In this document: positions 10,473 to 21,894 of the stretch, piece by piece
How positions within the stretch are numbered: position 1 is the first letter of the stretch
How the letters are laid out: each line of letters begins with the position of its first letter
DNA from: Chiloscyllium plagiosum
Taxonomy: Eukaryota
Assembly: GCF_004010195.1 (NCBI RefSeq)
Contig: NC_057719.1
Span: 92,362,375 to 92,398,612 of the forward strand
Direction: 5' to 3'
Length of the DNA: 36,238 nt
Notes under the pieces: generated by a model
What the model was told of the DNA's origin: nothing
The model's database searches: none
What the model saw: the letters and a program-made list of their open reading frames with translations, nothing else
Position numbers and translations under genes: made by a program

Positions 10473-11943
10473 CACCACTGGAATATAATAACCCCTTCCA
10501 GTGTTCCCCACCACTGGAATATAATAACCCCTTCCAGTGTTCATCACCACTGGAATATAATAACCCCTTCCAGTGTTCCCCACCACTGGAATACAATAAC
10601 CCCTTCCAGTGTTCCCCATCACTGGAATATAATAACCCCTTCCAGTGTTCATCACCACTGGAATATAATAACCCATTCCAGTGTTCCCCACCACTGGAAT
10701 ACAATAACCCCTTCCAGTGTTCCCCACCACTGGAATATAATAACCCCTTCCAGTGTTCATCACCACTGGAATATAATAACCCCTTCCACTGTTCATCACC
10801 ACTGGAATATAATAACCCNNNNNNNNNNNNNNNNNNNNNNNNNNNNNNNNNNNNNNNNNNNNNNNNNNNNNNNNNNNNNNNNNNNNNNNNNNNNNNNNNN
10901 NNNNNNNNNNNNNNNNNNNNNNNNNNNNNNNNNNNNNNNNNNNNNNNNNNNNNNNNNNNNNNNNNNNNNNNNNNNNNNNNNNNNNNNNNNNNNNNNNNNN
11001 NNNNNNNNNNNNNNNNNNNNNNNNNNNNNNNNNNNNNNNNNNNNNNNNNNNNNNNNNNNNNNNNNNNNNNNNNNNNNNNNNNNNNNNNNNNNNNNNNNNN
11101 NNNNNNNNNNNNNNNNNNNNNNNNNNNNNNNNNNNNNNNNNNAATATAATAACACCTTCCAGTGTTCCCCATCACTGGAATATAATAACCCCTTCCAGTG
11201 TTCCCCACTACTGGAATATAATAACCCCTTTCAGTGTTTCCCCACCACTGGAATATAATAACCCCTTCCAGTGTTCCCCACTACTGCAATATAATAACAC
11301 CTTCCAGTGTTCCTCACCACTGGAATATAATAACCCCTTCCAATGTTTCCCACCACTGGAATATAATAACCCCTTCCAGTGGCCCCCACCACTGCAATAT
11401 AATAACCCCTTCCAGTGTTCCCCACCACTGGAATATAATAACCCCTTCCAGTGTTCCCCACTACTGCAAGAGAATAACACCTTCCAGTGTTCCCCACCAC
11501 TGGAATATAATAACCCCTTCCAATGTTTCCCACCACTGGAATATAATAACCCCTTCCAGTGGCCCCCACCACTGCAATATAATAACCCCTTCCAGTGGCC
11601 CCCACCACTGCAATATAATAACCCCTTCCAGTGTTCGCCACCACTGAAATATAATAACCCCTTCCAGTGGCCCTCACCACTGCAATATAATAACCCCTTC
11701 CAGTGTTCCCCACCACTGGAATATAATAACACCTTCCAGTGGCCCTCACCACTGCAATATAATAACCCATTCCAGTGTTTCCCACCACTGGAATATAATA
11801 ACCTCTTCCAGTGTTCCCCACACCACTGGAATATAATAACCCCTTCCAGTGTCCCCCACCACTGGAATATAATAACCCCTTCCAGTGTCCCCCACCACTG
11901 GAATATAATAACACCTTCCAGTGTTCCCCATCACTGGAATATA
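10473..11943. repeat. 36-bp tandem satellite (caccactggaatataataaccccttccagtgttccc) with an internal 8-bp inverted repeat
   Basis: About 30 sequenced units on both sides of gap 10819-11142. Each holds CACTGGAA-tataataacccc-TTCCAGTG. The HHWNIITPSSVP ORFs are the repeat read in frame. Confidence 0.95.
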
Positions 11944-12443
11944 NNNNNNNNNNNNNNNNNNNNNNNNNNNNNNNNNNNNNNNNNNNNNNNNNNNNNNNNN
12001 NNNNNNNNNNNNNNNNNNNNNNNNNNNNNNNNNNNNNNNNNNNNNNNNNNNNNNNNNNNNNNNNNNNNNNNNNNNNNNNNNNNNNNNNNNNNNNNNNNNN
12101 NNNNNNNNNNNNNNNNNNNNNNNNNNNNNNNNNNNNNNNNNNNNNNNNNNNNNNNNNNNNNNNNNNNNNNNNNNNNNNNNNNNNNNNNNNNNNNNNNNNN
12201 NNNNNNNNNNNNNNNNNNNNNNNNNNNNNNNNNNNNNNNNNNNNNNNNNNNNNNNNNNNNNNNNNNNNNNNNNNNNNNNNNNNNNNNNNNNNNNNNNNNN
12301 NNNNNNNNNNNNNNNNNNNNNNNNNNNNNNNNNNNNNNNNNNNNNNNNNNNNNNNNNNNNNNNNNNNNNNNNNNNNNNNNNNNNNNNNNNNNNNNNNNNN
12401 NNNNNNNNNNNNNNNNNNNNNNNNNNNNNNNNNNNNNNNNNNN
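11944..12443. other. Exactly 500-N gap, probably a fixed-length scaffold join of unknown true size
   Basis: The other gaps are irregular (968, 654, 324 and 824 N); this one is exactly 500. Confidence 0.75.
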
Positions 12444-12744
12444 GGCAGAATAGGAAGGCAGTAACGCAGAGTATAGCCACTGGCCCTCAGAAGGAAATGT
12501 TAGAACATTTGATCAACCACTAATTGGAAGGAGTTGGGTGGGGAGGGTTTTAGGGGGAAGCGTGGTGAGACTGGCAAGGTGAGGTGTCTAGAGGGATTTC
12601 CTGAACTTGAGTCCCAGGCAACTGGAAGTGCGGTCACCACTGGTGGGGTGATTTAAATTAACAATCAATTAGAGGCCAGAATCGGTGGAGGACAGATGGT
12701 TTTGAGGCAGGATTAATGTATGAGAGGGACTGGATCGATTAGGA

Positions 12745-13130
12745 CGATATTCACTGGAGAATGAGGGGAGGTTTCGCCTAGAAACCCTTAAACCTCTAAC
12801 AAGGCGAGACAGGTAAACGCAGGAAGGATGTTTCTGATGACCTGGAGAGTTCAGAATTAGGATACGGTGTCGGCCATTTGAGACTGGGATGAGGAGAAAT
12901 TTCTTCACCCAGGCCGTGATGAGCCTGTGAGATCCTCTGCAAGTTGAGGCGAAAGCACGAAAGGTTTTCGAGGAGGAGTTAGACCTAATTCATGGGGCGA
13001 AAGGGATCAAAGGGCACAGGGTAGAAAGCAGAAACAGATACTGAGTTGGATAGTCAGCCATGTTCACGTTGAATGGCGGAGCAGGCTCGAAGGGCTGAAA
13101 GGCCTACGCCTGCTACTATTTTCTATGTTT
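12745..13130 (+). mobile_element. CR1 LINE 3' end, decayed
   Basis: gatgaggagaaatttcttcacccagg motif and the 3' UTR gaatggcggagcaggctcgaagggctgaa...ttctatgtt. Confidence 0.7.
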
Positions 13131-13577
13131 TGATGACAAAGATGGCAAGGCCTCGGGTGGTTTTGGAAATGCGTACGTGGATTTTAAAACCATAATTCTG
13201 CTCTGTTGGGAGACATCGCGAGCACGAAATTCCCTGCAGCACGTCAAGACAGTGGCTCCTCAGCTACTAACGGGGAGGTACGAGTAAAAACACAGGCGAT
13301 GGAAATTTAGAAGGTACAAGTTTCCAGGTAGAAGCATGCAGGAGGCCAGCCCAGGGAGTGTTGGAATAGTTAGGTCAAGAGGTAACTGAGACGTGAAGGA
13401 GATAGTGAGTTGGACTCGGATGAAGTTATTGAAAAGAAAATGGCCTTTCTTGGTGCAAATAGAGGGTTGGTCATTCACCTCTGTGTCAGACATGACACCA
13501 CAATTGGAAACAAGCCAGCCAATTTCCTGAGAGAGAGCAGGATACAGTCACTCATTAGGAGTAGGTCAACCCTGAAG

Positions 13578-13940
13578 ATAAAATCATGTGGGGCATGGGC
13601 AGGGTAATTAGACAAGGTCTTTTCCCTGGGGTCAGGGAGTCCAGAACTAGGAGGCTTAGGTTTAGGATGAGAGAGGAAACATATAAAAGGGGCCTAAGGG
13701 GCAACATTTTCACGCAGGGGATGGCATGTGTATGGAATGAGCTGCCAGAGGAAGTGGTGGAGGCTGGTACAATTACAGCATTAAAAAAGCATCTGGATGG
13801 GTATAAGAATAGAAAGGGTTTGGAGGGATATGGGCCAAGTGCTGGCAAATGGGACTAGGTGAGGTTAGGATATCTGGACGGAATGGATGAGTTGGACCAA
13901 AGGGTCTGTTTCCATGCTATACATCTCTACGATTTTATGA
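13578..13940 (+). mobile_element. CR1 LINE 3' end
   Basis: ORF 13586-13858 encodes ...RGNIFTQGMACVWNELPEEVVEAGTITALKKHLDGY. Confidence 0.88.
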
Positions 13941-14052
13941 CACCACGTTGGCTGTAGATTTACTGATATCTAATTGGAGTAGAAGGCTTGGCCCACGTTT
14001 CAATCAGACATCAGAATGGTGAAGGAGTTAAGTTGCAATCTTCAGTTTGTAG

Positions 14053-14379
<327 letters not shown>

Positions 14380-14427
14380 TGAAAGGGCAAACGGAGGGCA
14401 TCCACAGATGGTCAAGCCTTTGACAAT

Positions 14428-14777
14428 GGGCAGCATAGTGGCTCAGTGGTTAGCACTACTGCCTCATAGCGCCAGGGACCCGGGTTTGATTCCAGCCTCG
14501 GGCGACTGTGTGCGGAGTTTGCACATTCTCCCCTGTGTCTGCGTGGGTTTCCTCCGGGTGCTCCGGTTTCCTCCCACAGTCCAAAGATGTACAGGTTAGG
14601 TGAACCGGCCATGCTAAATTGCCCATAGTGTTTTGGAATGTGAAGGTTAGGTGTATTAGTCAGGGGTAAATATAGGGTAAGGGAATGAGTCTGGGTGGGT
14701 TACTCTTCGGAGAGTCGGTATGGACTTGTTGGGCTGAAGGGCCTGTTTCCACACTGCAGGGATTTTCTGATTCTATG
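14428..14777 (+). mobile_element. HE1-type tRNA-derived SINE, full length
   Basis: A box TGGCTCAGTGG, B-box-like GGTTTGATTCC, central tttgcacattctcccc..gggtttcctccgggtgctccggtttcctcccaca, and CR1-like tail gggcctgtttccacactg. Confidence 0.9.
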
Positions 14778-16081
14778 AATGGTTTCCATGGAGAAATGGT
14801 CAACAAGTGTCACATTGCTTCTGTTGTTTGGGAAAGGTGTGAGGTTGTCAGAGACCTTTTCGAGTTGACATATTCCCTCATTGGATCCACATTGTACACC
14901 AATGTTGGACCATGTCACTAAGTATAATCTTGCCTGTCAGTCAGGCTCCATGACATCAGCTCCCTTCCAAGCTTTATTTCGGAGCGTTTTCCCTGACCTT
15001 CCCAATGAGAATGCACTGTTGTGCTCAGTCTGGGTACACCCCTGTGTGTTCATTTCCTCTCCTTTGATAGGACCCCTCAGTGGCTGGACTTGCCCCTCTC
15101 ACTCCCACAACCTCTGCTTCAAAAGCTGTTGTACTCTCAGTGCTGTCATCAATGGGAACCAACACCTAACAGTGTACGTGTTAAACAAGCACGCGCATTG
15201 AGAGGAGGCCACTCAGCCCCTTGGACCTGCTGCGCTATTCATTAAGATCATGGCAGGCATGGTTGTGTGGCCTGCCTATCCACACACTGCGACCGTTGAC
15301 TCCTTTGTCAGTCAATGCTTTAACAAGCTCAGCTCAGTTGGCTGCTTGACTGGTTTTCCCTACAGTGTGGAAACAGGCCCCTCAGCCCAACGAGTCCACA
15401 CCGACCCTCCAAAGAGTAACCCACCCAGACCCATTCCCCTACCCTATATTGACCCAACAGGGCAGATTCGATTCCCGCACCTGCTGAGGTTACCACAAAG
15501 AGCTCTCCTCGCCTAGGACATGATGACTCTCAGGTTAAACTACCCCCTGGCTCACTAATCAGAGAGTGGGACTATGGTGACATTACCTGATTGGTCTGAC
15601 AAAGACTCAATGACCCTGTCTCTACTGCTTTCTGTGCTGGAGACTCCCTACAACCTTCTTGAGAGGAAAAGAAATTCCCGCTTGTCTCGGTGTCCCCTTG
15701 TTCTGGTTTCCCTCCGTCCCTCTCAGCCTCTAGCCTGTCAGCATTTCTCATGATCTTAAATCTCAATAAGGCCCCCTCTCATTCTTCCAGATTCCAGTGG
15801 GTACAGCCCAACCTGTGTTAAATGCATTAGTCAGGAGTAAATATAGGGTAGGGGGAATGGGTCTGGATGAGTTACGTTTCAGAGGGTTGGTGTGGACTTG
15901 TTGGGCTGATACTGTAGGGAATCTAATCTTAAAAAAAGTCAATAGTTAAGGACCCAGCACTGATCCCTGTGGTACTGCAGTCACTGCCTCTTGCTAATAC
16001 AAGGTGCCCCATTTGTAACGACTCCATCTCCCGTTTCCTATATTTACCCTCCTAGACTGTGAGTTGTCAATGTAGTTTTTT

Positions 16082-16391
16082 TTAGATTCTCTACAGTGTG
16101 GAAACAGGCCCTTCGGCCCAACCAGTCCACACCGACCCTCCGAATAGTAACCCATCCAGACCCACTCCCCTCTGACTAATGCACCTAACACTATGGGCAA
16201 TTTAGTATGGCCAATTCACCCTGACCTGCACATGTTTGGACTGTGGGAGGAAACCAGAGCACCCGGAGGAAATCCACGCAGACACGGAGAGAATGTGCAA
16301 ACTCCACACAGACAGTTGCCCGAGGCTGGAATCGAACCTGGGACCCTGGTGCTGTGAGGTAGTAGTGCTAACCACTGAGCCACCGTGCCGC
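16082..16391 (-). mobile_element. HE1-type SINE, full length
   Basis: Reverse complement of the 14428 element. Tail fragments of the same SINE lie at about 15360-15450 (-) and 15815-15930 (+). Confidence 0.9.
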
Positions 16392-17230
16392 TCTATTTTG
16401 ACATCTTGCAGCCGTTTGGAAATCCATCGTTCACAAGTTTCCCTTTATTCACCTTGCTCCCTGCTTCCTCAGATTAGTCAAACATGGTTTCCATTTTGAA
16501 ACTCCATGTTGACTCTACCTGAATGTGTTATGATTTTCGAAGCAAGTTGCCAGAACCCTCTTAATAATAGATTTCAGCGTTTTCCCTATGACCGAAGTGG
16601 GGGCTAATTGTTACTTTCTGCCTCCCTCGGAGGCTTCCTTGAATTAAAAAATTATGGTTATCAATTTTCAATCTGATGGGACCTTTCCACAATCATCTTT
16701 CTTTTAATCTCTCTTGGGGTGTGGGTGTCACCACCTGGGCCAGCATTTATTGTCCGTCCCTAGTTGCCCCCTTGAGAGGGTGGTGGTGAGCTGCCTTCTT
16801 GAACCGCAGCAGTCCACGTGCTATCGGTAGACCCACAGTAACCATAGGGAGGGAATTCCAAAGTTTAACCCAGCGAAGGTGAAGAAATGGTGATATATTT
16901 CCAAGTCAAGATGGTAATCCAGGGAAGATTACATCCAGTGCAGCTGTTATCTCACCAGGCATTTCATTCCAGTCCCTCCGATGAAGTCTATCGGGACCTG
17001 GGGATTGGTCCAATAGTTTCCCTGTACCTTTTTCCCTGGTGATTGTGATTTAAGTCCCTCCCTTTCTTTCAACTCTTGACTTACAATTATCACTGAGCTG
17101 TCTTTTGTATAGTTTACGGTGAAGTGTCTGCTCAACTCATCGACCAGTTCCTTATATCCCATTATTAATTCCTCAAACTCACTCTGTAGAGGAACCACTT
17201 GCTTTAATTACTCTTTCCCTTTGTCAATAC
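16392..17230 (-). mobile_element. Decayed CR1 ORF2 fragment interrupted by a LINE 3' end (16715-16915)
   Basis: ORF 16947-17198 (VPLQSEFEELIMGYKELVDELSRHF) resembles the CR1 EN-RT linker; 16715-16915 matches 7370-7580. Confidence 0.55.
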
Positions 17231-18972
17231 GGAGAAACCCATAGACCTGAAGTTTTGCATAAAAATCAGAGTTGTTTGTGTGAGCAAAAATGACACTGTT
17301 GGGGCAAATCCAGAAATCCCCCCATCGCAACCCCCGACTCAGCCCTCCACCATTTTTGCAGTGGGAGATTGGGAGAGAGTTGAGCTTACTCTTGGGCTGA
17401 CCAGAGCACAACTTCAAGGGGAGTAAAAGTTCCGAAACTGGTGGAGGTATTTTGAGACAGAGGTACTTTTTTTCGATACAGTTCATGGGACATTTTTGGG
17501 AACAGTCAAGAGCCTACTGTTTGAGATTAAGAGTGCTTCGAGTTTGTTAAGAGTAGACATGACTGAGTGTTAAACTCGTTGGCACTGTCAACCTCTTTAG
17601 CGTCATGAAAAAGAATTGCTGAGAGCTGTGAAGTTATTTAACAATTCATTTAACTTTACGTTAAATATTGAAAGAACAATTATCCACAACTTTTTTTAAA
17701 AAGTGTTTGCCACTTCACTTACTCTGTTGGACAATACCCAAGGGCTATCATTAAAGGATTAGTTCTGTATGCCTGATTTCACAACCTATCATTATCACAG
17801 TGTGTGGCCTTTTCATTCACAATTTGTTTGACAGCTCCAAATGCTTATTAAGGTTTTGAGGTAAGATAATGAACACAAACGTTTGTTCTTATGAGGAATA
17901 TAGTCAATGAGTTTTTAATCAAGGAAAGCATTTTTTAAAATAGTTAATTGATCAATAGAACTTTAATTTAAAAAAAATACTCAGTGTGGATCCCGAGGTT
18001 GGTCCTTATTGAACGTATGGTATAGATATTGTTAAAGTAAGGGATGGTGTGTGGGGGTGGGTCATGGACTGATGTGACCCATAACTAAGTTAGCATAGGG
18101 GCTAGAAAGAGGCATTGAGGATGTGTAGATGGCTTAGGATGGCAGAGAGGATATGAGGGGTCATGGGTGGTGGAGTGGGGGTGGCATAGGTTGGTGCGGA
18201 TGGGACATGAGAAAGTGCCTGAGGGCTGGATGGGGGAGAGATATTTCTTGTGTTTTACTCTCATTGGCCAGCCAGAAAGGAGACACAATTCTCAGGTTTG
18301 TTATTCCCTCACCAGGGTCAGATTTGCAGAAGCAGGAAGCGTCCGGATTTGGGTTGGGGATGTCACTGGCGCACATGAATCTCAGGGGAAGAATTCAGGG
18401 GGAATTTAGGTTACCAGTGGCAGGGACGATGAAAACTGAGAAGGCTCAGGAGACTAGAGAGTGAGATGTGGGGGGGGCTGAAGGAGATTATAGAGACAGG
18501 AACTGGGGTGGGGTAGAATCATAGAGATGTACAGCACGGAATCAGACCCTTCGGTCCAACTCGTCCATGCCGACCAGATATCCCGACCCGATATCCCGAC
18601 CCAATCTAGTTCCATTTGCCATCATTCAGTCCATATCCCTCTAAACCCTTCTTATTCATATACCCATCCAGATGCCTTTTAAATGCTGTAATTGTACCAG
18701 CCTCCACCACTTCCTCTGGCAGCTCATTCCATACACATACCATCCTCTTTGTGAAAAAATTGCCCCTTAGCTCAGTTTTAAATCATTTCCCCTCTCACCC
18801 TAAACCTATGCCCTCTAGATCTGGACTCCCCGATCCTAGGAAAAAGACCTTGTCTGTTTATCCTATCCATGCTCCTCATGATTTTGTAAACCTCTATAAG
18901 GTCACCCCTCAGCCTCCGACGCTCCAGGGAAAACAGCCCCAGCCTATTTAGCCTCTCCCTGTAGCTCAAACC

Positions 18973-19284
18973 AAGCGTTGGAAATGTGATAGGTGGAAAG
19001 AGGTCAAGGTGAGGGTGATGGGTCGGAGTAGGATGGAGGCGGAGAGAGGCAGAGAGCTTCTTCAAGGAAGGCCTCCGCCTCCGCCTCCACCTCTCCGCCC
19101 CTCCTCCAAGTCCCTCCTCCCTACCTTTTATCTTCTCCTGCTGAACACTCTCTGCTCATTCCTGAAGAAGGGCCTGTGCCCGAAACGTCGAATCTCCTGT
19201 TCCCTGGATGCTGCCTGACCTGCTGTGCTGTTCCAGCAATAAAGTTTCAACTTTGATCTCCAGCATCTGCAGACCTCACTTTCT
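18973..19284 (+). mobile_element. PLE pLTR insert with an inverted 5' segment, 9-bp TSD and hammerhead motif
   Basis: TSD gctcaaacc at 18964-18972 and 19285-19293. 18975-19050 matches 36099-36172 in the same orientation, while 19095-19240 matches the reverse complement of 35960-36098. Confidence 0.85.
19158..19193 (+). ncRNA. Minimal type-I hammerhead ribozyme motif (PLE-associated)
   Basis: AUUC (helix I), CUGAAGA (19162-19168), extra A, GGGC-cugu-GCCC (helix II), GAAAC-GUC (cut after 19189), GAAU (helix I). Helix III is only the palindrome ACGU. Confidence 0.8.
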
Positions 19285-19707
19285 GCTCAAACCCTCCAAC
19301 CCTGGCAACATCCTTGTAAATCTTTTTTGAACCCTTTCAGGTTTCACAGCATCTTTCCTGTAGTAGGGAGTACAGATTTGAACGCATTATTCCAAAAATG
19401 GCCTAAACAATACACTTGCAACATGACATCCAAACCCTTTACTCAAAGCACTGACCAATGAAGGCAAACATGCCGGATGCCTTCTTCACCACCCTGTCTA
19501 CCGGAGACTCCACTATCAAGGGACTATAAACCTGTTCATCTCTTTGTTTGCAAATACTCACAAGGACCGTACTATTACATGTGTAAGTCCTACCCTGATT
19601 TGCCTTTTCAAAATGCAGCATCTTGCATTTGTCTAAATTAAACTCCATCTGCCACTCCTCGGCCCATTGGCCCGTCTGATCAAGATCCCATTGTAGTCTC
19701 CTTCGCT

Positions 19708-19802
19708 CCTGAAGAAGGGCTCATGCCCGAAACGTCGATTCTCCTGCTCCTTTGATGCTGCCTGACCTGCTAGGCTTTTCCAGCACCACATTTTTAAGCT
19801 CT
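19708..19802 (+). mobile_element. Short PLE pLTR insert beginning at the hammerhead core
   Basis: CUGAAGA (19709-19715)-a-GGGC-ucau-GCCC-GAAAC-GUC (19734-19736). Flanking direct repeat ctccttcgct at 19698-19707 and 19806-19815. Confidence 0.8.
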
Positions 19803-20251
19803 AACCTCCTTCGCTGTCCACCACACCTCCAATTTTGATGTCACCTGCGAACTTACGAACCATTCCCCCCTATATTAACATCCAAACCATGAAGCTTGGA
19901 GGGGATTTGAAAAACGGGGACCGGAGTTTTAAAAGCGAGACTTTGCCGAACCGGAACTGACAGAGTCTGGAGCTGAGCGGGATTGTCAGGAGAAAGGATC
20001 AGCCAGGGCGAGGTTTGAACGACCTCAGGCTCACTAAGGCATGGGAACGTGGGGATGCCAGGTGGAAGAAGTTTGGAAAAGTTCAGTGAAGAGGTAATAA
20101 AGGAATGGGTGAGGGCTTTCAGGTAAGTTGATGTGGGAGAAATATCAGGCCGTGCTGAGTTGTGTCACAATGTCTTCACAATAGCTTGGTTAGAGTCTGG
20201 TTCCTTCTGAGTTTTAACAGTGTTGGCCCGTTGAAGATCTTGACGCCATTA

Positions 20252-20326
20252 TGATTCAGAGATGCCGGTGTTGGACTGGGATGGACAAAGTTAAAAATCA
20301 CACAACACCAGGTTATAGTCCAACAG
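20252..20326 (-). mobile_element. 75-bp insertion with 10-bp TSD, probably the extreme end of another PLE-type repeat
   Basis: TSD gacgccatta at 20242-20251 and 20327-20336. The family assignment is by recall only. Confidence 0.55.
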
Positions 20327-20574
20327 GACGCCATTAGACAGACTGTTGAACCGGACTGTTGAACCAGTTATTCTAGTCCCAGCCCAGCTCCATCCTCGTG
20401 CTTTCCCATCTCCATGTCACTGCTACGCCTAATCACTCGCCTTTGTCCTTTGACTCGCTGCACAAAGCAGACTAACGCTCCTTTATTATGTGGTTTTGGG
20501 AACTGCTGGATCAGGAAATCTGTCTTTTCCCCCTGTGCTAAGACATTGCAAAGTGCTGCCTGTGTCTCTCTTCA

Positions 20575-21690
20575 CTGATCAGCCTCGCTTTCTCCCCCTT
20601 TCATAAGGCCACAAGCATTCACTGGCTCTCCTTTGTCTAACTTGCTCGTTAGCTCCTCAAAGAATTCTAACAGATTTATCAGGCGTGACCTCCCCTTGAT
20701 GAAGCCGTACTGACTCAGCCCTGACTCAGCGCACTTCCATGTATTCCACAATCTCATTCTTAATAATGGACTCTAAAATCTTACCCACAACTGAGATAGG
20801 CTGACGGACCTATAGTTTCCTGTCTTCTGCCTCACTTAAAAAGGAGTGTTACGTTAGCCATTTTCCAGTCTTCCCTGATTCCAGTGATTCCTGAAAGATC
20901 ACCACCCAATGGCTTTACTATCTCCTTGGCTATCTCCTTCAGAGCCCTGGGGAGTAGCTTCCATCTGGCCTGGGTGATAAGTCCACCTTCAGACCTTTCA
21001 GCTTCCCCAGCACCTTGTCCTTAGAGATGGCCACTGCACTCACCTCTGGTCCCCACACTCTGATACGCTGCTGGTGTCGTCCACCATGAAAACTGATACA
21101 AAGTGCCTGTTCAGTTGGTCTGTAATTTCTTTTTCCCCATTACTTCTTCTCCAGCCTCATTTCCCAGTGATCCCTCTTGCCTCTCCCTTACTTTTCACGT
21201 ACCGAAACAAAAAAAACTCTTGCAAACTTCCCTTATATTCCTACCTAGCTTACTCTTACCTTTCATCTTCTTCCTCCCCCCCCCCCATTACTTTTTAAAC
21301 ATATTCTCTATTGGCTTTTTCAAGGCTTCCCAGTCTCTCTGGCTTCACCACATTGTATACTTTTGCTTTTAGGCCACTCCTCTCTCTTCCCTCGTCGGCT
21401 GTAGTTGCCTCATTCTCCCCTTAATAGGTGTCTTCTTGCTTGGGATGAATCTCTGCTTTACCTCCCGAATGACCCCCCAGTAACTCCTGCCATTGCTCCT
21501 CCTCTGTCTTCCCAGCTAGGCTTCCCCTTCCACTTACCTGTGACCTGCTCCTCCCTTGTGCCTTTGTAGTTACGTTTACTCAGTTGTAACACCATTACAT
21601 CTGATGCAAATTCTCCCCCTTCAAACTGCAGGGCGAGTTCTATCAAATTCTGGTCACTGGGTCCTCCACTTTAAGCTCCCGAATCATCTT
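20575..21690 (-). mobile_element. Decayed CR1 ORF2 (endonuclease end to RT start)
   Basis: Encodes SQYGFIKGRSRLINLLEFFEELTSKLDKGEPV and SDVMVLQLSKRNYKGTREE. Confidence 0.8.
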
Positions 21691-21894
21691 TCATCCTATA
21701 TTGGCTGTAATAATCTCTGGCAAAACCAGCATTTATTGTACATTCCTTAATTGCCCAGAGGGAAGCGAAGAGCCAACCTCATTGCTGTGGGTTCGGAGTC
21801 ACGGGTAGGCCAGACCAGGTAAGGATGGCAGATTTCCTTCCCGAGGGGACATTAGTGAATCAGACGGGTTTTAACAAAAACAGAACAGAAAAAC

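Larger units (their letters stand above)
18513..19890 (-). mobile_element. CR1 LINE 3' ~1 kb, interrupted by two PLE inserts
   Basis: ORFs encode LSYRERLNRLGLFSLERRRLRGDLIEVYKIMR and MEFNLDKCKMLHF...DRVVKKASGMFAFIGQ; the 3' tail lies near 18513. Confidence 0.9.

Noticed and set aside
10359..11914. Long repetitive ORFs (HHWNIITPSSVP, GNTGRGYYIPVV)
   Set aside because: By-product of a 36-bp stop-free unit that is open in several frames on both strands.
10473..11943. CRISPR-like array (36-bp palindromic repeats)
   Set aside because: Units are head-to-tail with no unique spacers, there are no cas genes, and the context is vertebrate.
14428..14500. tRNA genes at the SINE heads (also 16320-16391, 23285, 27297, 31026, 31795-31867)
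   Set aside because: The A/B boxes continue into SINE body and CR1-like tail; these are tRNA-derived SINEs.
17208..18400. 92-aa ORF and AT-rich non-CR1 stretch as a nested gene or DNA transposon
   Set aside because: No recognisable protein motif, splice structure or convincing terminal inverted repeats.
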